DNA of 64,000 nt. Source: a virus (lineage: Duplodnaviria; Caudoviricetes). The stretch lies in the IMG/VR virus record IMGVR_UViG_3300025413_001239, one strand, 5' to 3'. Made by a program: the position numbers and the translations under genes. Shown piece after piece: positions 58,078 to 64,000 of this stretch (position 1 is its first letter; each line of letters opens with the position of its first letter). The notes below the pieces were generated by a model. It saw only the letters and a list, made by a program, of their open reading frames with translations, was not told the origin of the DNA and did not search any database.

Positions 58078-58114
58078 TATTGATTTATTTTTTAGTATTC
58101 GTATAGTTATTTAT

Positions 58115-58672
58115 ATGGGTATTATTGAAAATCAAGTTTTGGATTATCTCAAAAAGAATTATAGTGTTAAGAACTTTAGGTTTTTACATGAGGTTAATAA
58201 AGAATATGAGTTTGGTGTAAACATTGTTGATTCAAATTGTTTAATATTTGATATAGACTTTGTAACATCTGAAAATACTTTTGTTAAATGGGCTGAAATG
58301 TTTGATTTTAGTCGTAAGGACTTAGAATGGCTCACAGCTTATTTACCAAGAAAACTTAAAACAAAATGGTCTGTTGAATTAGCTCAAGATTTATCATGGC
58401 ATACTACTTTTGATGTTGAATCATTTAATAAGATTTTAGATATGCTAATGCTTGAGTTAAACACTAAAGTATTTGATGATTTAAAACCCAAGATAAAAAC
58501 ACCTGAGGAATTATTGAGCGTTATGAGGTGCATTGGTTATGGGTTAACAGCAACGTATTACGACCCAAACAACTTTTTACCCTTTAAAAATTTTATATCG
58601 TTACCATTCACGGAAGTTTTAAATGAGCGAAAAATTAACCATAACTGGCAAGATTGGGTTCGAACCAATTAA
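58115..58672 (+). CDS. Protein containing a gp23 major-capsid-like segment
   Basis: RKLKTKWSVELAQDL..MLELNTKV resembles T4 gp23 RQLKAAYSIELAQDL..IMLEINREV. Confidence 0.55.
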   Translation: MGIIENQVLDYLKKNYSVKNFRFLHEVNKEYEFGVNIVDSNCLIFDIDFVTSENTFVKWAEMFDFSRKDLEWLTAYLPRKLKTKWSVELAQDLSWHTTFDVESFNKILDMLMLELNTKVFDDLKPKIKTPEELLSVMRCIGYGLTATYYDPNNFLPFKNFISLPFTEVLNERKINHNWQDWVRTN

Positions 58673-59144
58673 CAAAACCAAGAAGCATGAATCACAGGCC
58701 TCTTGGAAACGTATTGCCATGGTTTTCTTCGGTGGTGACATTTCTGATTACTATGCTTGGTTTATAAACAAGCGATATAATTTAGAGCTTGTAAAACCGC
58801 TTAGGGGTGGCCATATTTCGTTTATAAATGACCATGTGAGGGATATGATTAAAAATTGTAATTGTGATGAGGAAGAGGCTAATATTGCTTGGGATAACGC
58901 AAAGGCTAAGTGGGATGGAATTTATATTCCAATAACACTTGATTTATCACCTAGAACTAACGAAAAGCACTGGTGGTTAAATATACCAACAGATTCTTGT
59001 GAAATTTTTAATACTATCAGGCGAGAGGTAAATTTAGGACCACCGACATATAGGTACCACATGAGTATTGGTTATGCGAACGAAAAATGGTTGTCACATT
59101 CACGTTACATACATAGTTGTGTAAAATCTGGTTTAATAAAATGA
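58623..59144 (+). CDS. 2H phosphoesterase family protein
   Basis: GHISF and YHMSI HxS/T motifs. Confidence 0.65.
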   Translation: MSEKLTITGKIGFEPINKTKKHESQASWKRIAMVFFGGDISDYYAWFINKRYNLELVKPLRGGHISFINDHVRDMIKNCNCDEEEANIAWDNAKAKWDGIYIPITLDLSPRTNEKHWWLNIPTDSCEIFNTIRREVNLGPPTYRYHMSIGYANEKWLSHSRYIHSCVKSGLIK

Positions 59145-59258
59145 ATAAAGTAACACCAATTACACCACAAGAGGCAAAAGATGAAATTGAAAAGAATTTT
59201 CCAGATTTTGTTATTGAAGGTAAAAGAAAATAATAATAATTAAAAAAAAAGAGAAAAA

Positions 59259-59981
59259 ATGAAAAAAACGCTTATCACATTAATGTTAGTATTCAGTGCA
59301 TTACTAACATTTGCACAAAACACAATTACAATTAAGCACACGTATTATACAATTGAAGCGTATGATACCGCACACAGGTCTGAACTTATTGGGTTTTATA
59401 TTCAGACTAAAGAGCATGCTCTTATATCGATGGATAAGACAAGTGCTATTGACAGGTCATCAGTTGGTGTTTTTAAACAAGACCCTTTAATTCCACTTTA
59501 TATCCAAGAAATAGTAACTAATGATGTTTATTCTGATTGGAATAAAGCTCATAAGAATCAAAAAGTAGATAAGGGGCATCTAGTACCTTATTCAGCGATG
59601 GATTTTAATTTAACAGCAGCTTTAGAAAGTATGTATCTTGAAAATACATGCCCACAGGCACCCAGATTCAACGAACATCAATGGGAACAAGTTGAAATGT
59701 ACGTTCTAAAGACTGTATCACCACAATATGGTGATGTTAAAGTTTGGACTGGCGTTTTAATTGATGATAAAAAAGCGTTAAGGATTGGGCCATTATATAT
59801 GCCAGATTTTTATTGGAAAGTTATTGAGTATGTAAAGGATGGTAAAAAGGTTCAAGAAGCTTGGCTTGGCGTTAACAATTGGAGTAACGCTGATACTGAC
59901 CCAACACACATCGCAACTAGTGTCGCAGCTGTAAAACAAAAGGTTTCACAGTATTATCCAAAAATAAAGTTGGATTTCTAA
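59259..59981 (+). CDS. Signal-peptide DNA/RNA non-specific endonuclease (NucA-like)
   Basis: Signal peptide; DKGHL, NTCPQ..FN..WE.VE, VWTG, PDFYWK. Confidence 0.85.
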   Translation: MKKTLITLMLVFSALLTFAQNTITIKHTYYTIEAYDTAHRSELIGFYIQTKEHALISMDKTSAIDRSSVGVFKQDPLIPLYIQEIVTNDVYSDWNKAHKNQKVDKGHLVPYSAMDFNLTAALESMYLENTCPQAPRFNEHQWEQVEMYVLKTVSPQYGDVKVWTGVLIDDKKALRIGPLYMPDFYWKVIEYVKDGKKVQEAWLGVNNWSNADTDPTHIATSVAAVKQKVSQYYPKIKLDF

Positions 59982-60158
59982 AATAAATCCATATATTTGC
60001 ATAAATGATTTGGGTAATTTAAATTAGTATTGAGATTGAAACATTAAAAAAACTAAGGTTTATTGAGCGAAAATCAATAAGGGAAATAATGAGTATAATG
60101 AAAATAAATCAAACTAAATATTACCATTATATCAATTTATAATTAAATAAAAAATAAA

Positions 60159-61181
60159 ATGGGCGGTAGGGCATTAAAAGGTGGTACTTTTACTAGAAGG
60201 TATGAAAGACAAGAGTTCGATGATATAAGTAAGGAATTAACAGAAAGACTTAAGTTAACTTTCAAGCGTGTTGATGTTCCATTGTTTTATAAAAACAAGG
60301 GAACATTTGGTGATGCTGATATTCTTGTTTCATTAGATGGGTTAGAAAATGGGTTTAATATGCGTGAATTTATAGTAAATGAATTTAAACCTAATGAAAT
60401 ATTTCATAACGGTAATTGTTGGTCCTTTGACTATAAGGAGCTACAGGTAGATATAATCACAGTTTCTGTTGAACATTATGACTCAACGTTCAACTATTTA
60501 TCATACAATGACCTGGGAAATTTAATTGGGAGACTAGCGCATGGATTTGGGTTGAAATATGGCCAGACTGGTTTATTTTATGAACATGAATTTAAGGGTA
60601 GTAATATTGGTACTATTATGGTATCTAAGAATTATCCTGAAATATTCAAATTTCTTGGTCTGTCATATGACAAATTTGTTGATGGTTTTGAGTCACTTGA
60701 GGAAATCTTCATTTATATTGCTGAATCACCATACTTCAATTGGAAAAAGTATCAGTTTGAAGAACTTAACAAGATTAACCGTGACCGTAACAAGAAAAGA
60801 GCTTCTTACACAGCCTTCTTAGAATGGGTTGATTTACATGCCGCTGATGAAAATCACGAGTATAAGTTTGCTGAGGATAAATCAACATACTTCAATATGA
60901 TTAACGATGCGTTCCCAGAAGCGGACATCGTAACACAAGTTAGAAGACTTGAATACTTAGAGTGCAGAAAGCTTTATGTTCAATCTAAATTTAACGGTGG
61001 TGATGTAATGAGAAAGTATGGCCTTGAAGGTAAGAAATTGGGTGATGCGTTAAGTGGTTTTAAAAACTATATAACCGCTGAGTATGATTCATATAATGAT
61101 TATATTATACATACCGATGCTTTCGATATTTATATGGAATTTGAAGGGTATTTGAGTAAACATGAATTGGAAGTTAGATGA
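60159..61181 (+). CDS. Pol-beta-like nucleotidyltransferase
   Basis: FGDADILV, QVDII, GLKYGQTGL. Confidence 0.55.
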   Translation: MGGRALKGGTFTRRYERQEFDDISKELTERLKLTFKRVDVPLFYKNKGTFGDADILVSLDGLENGFNMREFIVNEFKPNEIFHNGNCWSFDYKELQVDIITVSVEHYDSTFNYLSYNDLGNLIGRLAHGFGLKYGQTGLFYEHEFKGSNIGTIMVSKNYPEIFKFLGLSYDKFVDGFESLEEIFIYIAESPYFNWKKYQFEELNKINRDRNKKRASYTAFLEWVDLHAADENHEYKFAEDKSTYFNMINDAFPEADIVTQVRRLEYLECRKLYVQSKFNGGDVMRKYGLEGKKLGDALSGFKNYITAEYDSYNDYIIHTDAFDIYMEFEGYLSKHELEVR

Positions 61182-61432
61182 GAATAATATATATAGATAA
61201 ATCGTTACAATGTGATACAACACATGATAATATTCAATTAATTGATGGTAAAATATATCATTGGTGTGTTAAAACAGAAATGTTAAAACATAATGAAACA
61301 TTGCAGTTATTCTTAAAACGAAAAACAGCTTATGTGAATTTAAAAAAACCAGAAATTAATACTATATTAATTTATGATGTGGTACCAATTGAATCAGCCT
61401 TAATGGTAAGGTATGCTTTAATTACTACTTAA
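61178..61432 (+). CDS. Hypothetical protein
   Basis: 84 aa, overlaps previous stop. Confidence 0.5.
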   Translation: MRIIYIDKSLQCDTTHDNIQLIDGKIYHWCVKTEMLKHNETLQLFLKRKTAYVNLKKPEINTILIYDVVPIESALMVRYALITT

Positions 61433-61751
61433 AAAATGGGTTATCTCGCAATAAGAGTTCGATGGTTTCATCGAGCTTTTTGCATGTTTGTTGGAACCCA
61501 ATTACTTCTTCATCACTTAACCTAAAGAATTCATTCTTTGCAAGCGTTTGTTTATAGTTGTATTTTGCGTGAAGCATTGCTTCAACTTTCTTATAGTTTT
61601 TAGATTCATAAGTATTAAGAATTGAAAGCTTATTCGAATTTCCAGTTTGCAAATTCTTAAGTCTTTGTTCTGCTGGATTCTTTGAAACACCAATCTTATG
61701 CGCTTCATCGCCATTCTTGTCCACCTCTAATATCAAGTATACATAACCCAT
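61425..61751 (-). CDS. T5orf172/MUG113 GIY-YIG-like protein
   Basis: YVYLI..HKIGVSKN..RLKNLQTGN..VEAMLH..EFF. Confidence 0.75.
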   Translation of the reverse strand: MGYVYLILEVDKNGDEAHKIGVSKNPAEQRLKNLQTGNSNKLSILNTYESKNYKKVEAMLHAKYNYKQTLAKNEFFRLSDEEVIGFQQTCKKLDETIELLLRDNPFFK

Positions 61752-61796
61752 ACCAAATAATATGGATTTATGTTTAAATTGTAAATATTTATTGGT

Positions 61797-62384
61797 ATGA
61801 GAAAATTAATAAAAAAACTCTTAAGGGAAAATTTGTATGAAGCTATCACACAAAAACCAATGTTTGCTAGAGGTGTTGAACATCAAATTTATTTATCAAA
61901 GTCAGACCCAAATATAGTCTTTAAAGTTGGATACCCTAAATCTGTTGATAGATTCGTATCGGTGTTTACATCTAATCCTGAGTATTTTCCAAAAATTTTT
62001 AAAGTTGGTAATTTAACATGGCAGGGTAAACCATTTAAATATGCTAAAATTGAAAGACTAAATACTGAAAGAGTCATTAGTGAGTGGAATTATATTACTG
62101 GTAAATTAGATGAAGTTGGTATATTAGATACTGACTCAAATTTATTAGAAGATGTTAGCGATATTTTTAAATCGGCCATAACTGAAGATTCAGAATATGA
62201 AACGTATATTACATCTAAACTACAACAGCATGATAAAAAAGCCTACAAGTTATTCATAGATTGGCTTAATTTTTTACATCATGTAAATTCGATAGTTGAA
62301 CCAGTAAAACATAAAATTCTTGATATTCATAAGTATAATTTTGGTTATGATTCCAGTGGTAAAATGAAGTGTTTAGACATATAA
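61797..62384 (+). CDS. Protein-kinase-like fold protein
   Basis: ARGVEHQIY, VFKVG, LDIHKYNFG, CLDI. Confidence 0.55.
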   Translation: MRKLIKKLLRENLYEAITQKPMFARGVEHQIYLSKSDPNIVFKVGYPKSVDRFVSVFTSNPEYFPKIFKVGNLTWQGKPFKYAKIERLNTERVISEWNYITGKLDEVGILDTDSNLLEDVSDIFKSAITEDSEYETYITSKLQQHDKKAYKLFIDWLNFLHHVNSIVEPVKHKILDIHKYNFGYDSSGKMKCLDI

Positions 62385-62473
62385 AAAAATATTTTTAAAA
62401 AAAAACTTGACAATTCAAAAACTTTTCGTATATTTGCAGTATATTTATTAAAAGAGATTAAAAGATAACAAAA

Positions 62474-62554
62474 ATGAGAAATTTAAACAACATATTGGTC
62501 CTTGTGTTATGTGTGCTAGTGTTAACTAGTTCTACTGGGTATTCCATGTTTTAA
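62474..62554 (+). promoter_or_regulatory. Leader peptide 2 (26 aa, Leu/Val/Cys) of a putative attenuator
   Basis: MRNLNNILVLVLCVLVLTSSTGYSMF between promoter (62429) and terminator; antiterminator AGTTCTACTGGGT inside the leader. Confidence 0.75.
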
Positions 62555-62578
62555 ATTTAACATTTAAAAATAATTGAG

Positions 62579-62609
62579 AAGCTCAGTCCGAAAGAACTGA
62601 GCTTTTTTT
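62579..62609 (+). terminator. Attenuator terminator 2
   Basis: AAGCTCAGT-CCGAAAGA-ACTGAGCTT plus T run. Confidence 0.85.
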
Positions 62610-62611
62610 AT

Positions 62612-62683
62612 GTGCCTTTGTCCGAGCGGTTTAGGTAGAGTTCTGCAAAAGCTCTTACGGCGGTTCAAATCCGTCAAGGCACT
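62612..62683 (+). tRNA. tRNA-Cys (GCA)
   Basis: GTGCCTT/AAGGCAC, U73; GAGTT-CTGCAAA-AGCTC. Confidence 0.9.
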
Positions 62684-62910
62684 CTTTAAAATTAAAAACA
62701 ATGGAAAAAAAATGACATCAAAAAAGCATTGTATAAGGAAAAGCCATTAGCCACCTTATCACATTATGAAGAAGGATGGAATTGGCATAACCGAAACCTA
62801 CCCAACCATAAGTGGAGAGAGTATAAGAGTTGGAAGTATAATAGAAAAACTAAGTGGAAATGAAAAAGAGATTTGATGCCTTGTAACACTCTAATGTGTA
62901 ACAATGCAAA

Positions 62911-63180
62911 ATGAAAAAAATGAACAAGAAGCTGTATGATAGAACAGTTGACAACAAAACGTACAAGTTATGCCATTATCAACAAGAAAATATTTGTTGT
63001 TTAAGATGTGCGAAAAGAAGAAGAAGAAATTATTTTTATTATGACTATGACGGTGGGAAACATTGTTATCCAAGTTGGAAATTAGTAAGTAAAAATAAGA
63101 AGCAATGGATGCCAAAAAAACTTAAGATTGAGGAAGAAAAACCCAATCGTTGGTATAGTAGAGGTGACATTACTTGGTAA
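62911..63180 (+). CDS. Small basic protein (CxxC, SWK..QW motif)
   Basis: CCLRC, YPSWKLVSKNKKQW. Confidence 0.55.
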   Translation: MKKMNKKLYDRTVDNKTYKLCHYQQENICCLRCAKRRRRNYFYYDYDGGKHCYPSWKLVSKNKKQWMPKKLKIEEEKPNRWYSRGDITW

Positions 63181-63276
63181 TTGCGACATCAAGACATATT
63201 AAAGTGTCGTGATAGGTTTAAAAGTTACAAATTGTTGCAATAATTGCGACATTTCACCAGATAAATGGTGAAATAT

Positions 63277-63361
63277 GGGGGTGTGGTGGAATGGTAGACA
63301 CGCAGGTCTTAAAAACCTGTGGACCGTAAGGTCCGTGTGAGTTCGACTCTCATTGCCCCTA
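63277..63361 (+). tRNA. tRNA-Leu (TAA)
   Basis: CAGGT-CTTAAAA-ACCTG, long variable arm, A73. Confidence 0.9.
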
Positions 63362-63376
63362 CACAACTGTGTTTCT

Positions 63377-63470
63377 GATAGGGTTGCTCAGTAGGAGCTC
63401 CAGTAAACCTTATCCGTTGATGAATAGTGGTCATGACATGAGTTCATTTTTCTGGTACGACAATCCAGAA
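63377..63470 (+). ncRNA. Three-hairpin intergenic RNA of unknown class
   Basis: GATAGGGTT/AACCTTATC, ATGAA/TTCAT, TTCTGG/CCAGAA. Confidence 0.4.
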
Positions 63471-63473
63471 TAC

Positions 63474-63561
63474 GGCCCTATGAGCAAATTGGTAAAGCTT
63501 GCGGTCTAAGAAACCGTGGAAAACATTAGAAACGTTCTCAGTTCAAATCTGAGTAGGGCTA
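63474..63561 (+). tRNA. tRNA-Leu (AAG)
   Basis: GGCCCTA/TAGGGCT, GCGGT-CTAAGAA-ACCGT, long variable region, A73. Confidence 0.8.
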
Positions 63562-63563
63562 CT

Positions 63564-63785
63564 ATGAGTTTTAATTTTGATGAAAAGAAAATTGGTGATA
63601 TAGTTCAGATGACGGATTATTTTATAAGTATAAATCCTAGTGAACATATTCAGGAATTTAAAGATTGTGAAGGCGAAGTTATTGGTTATAGTGATGAAGG
63701 TTATACTGATTACTTAGATGTTAGATGGCAACCTAGTGGGTTAAGATATGGTTATCATTGGGTACATTTAAAACTAGTCCAATAA
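63564..63785 (+). CDS. Hypothetical protein
   Basis: Start re-called to MSFNFD just after the tRNA. Confidence 0.55.
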   Translation: MSFNFDEKKIGDIVQMTDYFISINPSEHIQEFKDCEGEVIGYSDEGYTDYLDVRWQPSGLRYGYHWVHLKLVQ

Positions 63786-63958
63786 TGGCTAAAAAAGTAT
63801 CAAAAGAAGTTCAGATTAAACATTCTGAGGATTATGTTGAATTTCTAATTAAGCGGTTAAATTCTAACAACTATAAGTTAGCAGCAACTAAGGAAGAGTA
63901 TGCGGCAACTAAAGCTAAATTAGATAAAGAGCGATTGATACTTAAGTTGTTAAAATAA
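63785..63958 (+). CDS. Small basic hypothetical protein
   Basis: Start re-called to MAKKVSK. Confidence 0.55.
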   Translation: MAKKVSKEVQIKHSEDYVEFLIKRLNSNNYKLAATKEEYAATKAKLDKERLILKLLK

Positions 63959-63959
63959 T

Positions 63960-64000
63960 GGGGGTATGCTGGAAATGGTATACAGCTACGGTTTAGACCC
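63960..64000 (+). tRNA. tRNA-Leu (TAG), truncated by window end
   Basis: GGGGGTA, CTG-GAAATGGTATA-CAG, TTTAGAC loop. Confidence 0.75.

Noticed and set aside
59141-59233. 30-aa ORF MNKVTPITPQEAK as a third attenuator leader
   Set aside because: No terminator hairpin or tRNA follows; it looks like a truncated gene remnant.
63370-63470. Hammerhead ribozyme
   Set aside because: CTGATAG and TTGATGA resemble the core, but no correctly placed GAAA and stem arrangement was found.
1-64000. Stop-codon reassignment
   Set aside because: Long genes are intact in code 11, TAG and TGA terminate well-bounded genes, and no suppressor tRNA is present.

Overview
AT-rich 64-kb segment of a T4-like/jumbo dsDNA phage genome, standard genetic code. 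The host is probably Bacteroidota: TAnnTTTG promoters, A-rich leaders without Shine-Dalgarno sites, SprB-type repeats and an Hc1-like protein. Layout: 1-15.1 kb baseplate/tail virion genes; 15.2-23.8 kb RuvC, primase, exonuclease, SbcCD and a sigma-70 factor; 23.8-33.7 kb lysis-like, head-internal and small genes; 33.7-64 kb a translation/RNA-repair region. That region holds a DUF2828 TROVE/Ro60-like protein, DnaJ, ClpP next to a tmRNA, Pth2, a kinase/2H-phosphodiesterase, two RNA ligases, DNA ligase, about 20 tRNA or tRNA-like genes and several unexplained structured RNAs. Main discoveries: (1) two leader-peptide/terminator attenuators whose codons match the tRNA arrays directly downstream, suggesting tRNA-depletion-sensing control of phage tRNA expression; (2) four related stem-closed ncRNAs (T-N-C-N-GCAA motif), one directly behind the Ro60-like gene, which are candidate Y-RNA-like partners; (3) several intron-free homing-endonuclease insertions: a naturally split intein in an RNA ligase, three fractured genes, and cassettes that appear to carry a replacement tRNA or replacement gene 3' end. 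All structures, alignments and family calls were made by eye; no searches were run.
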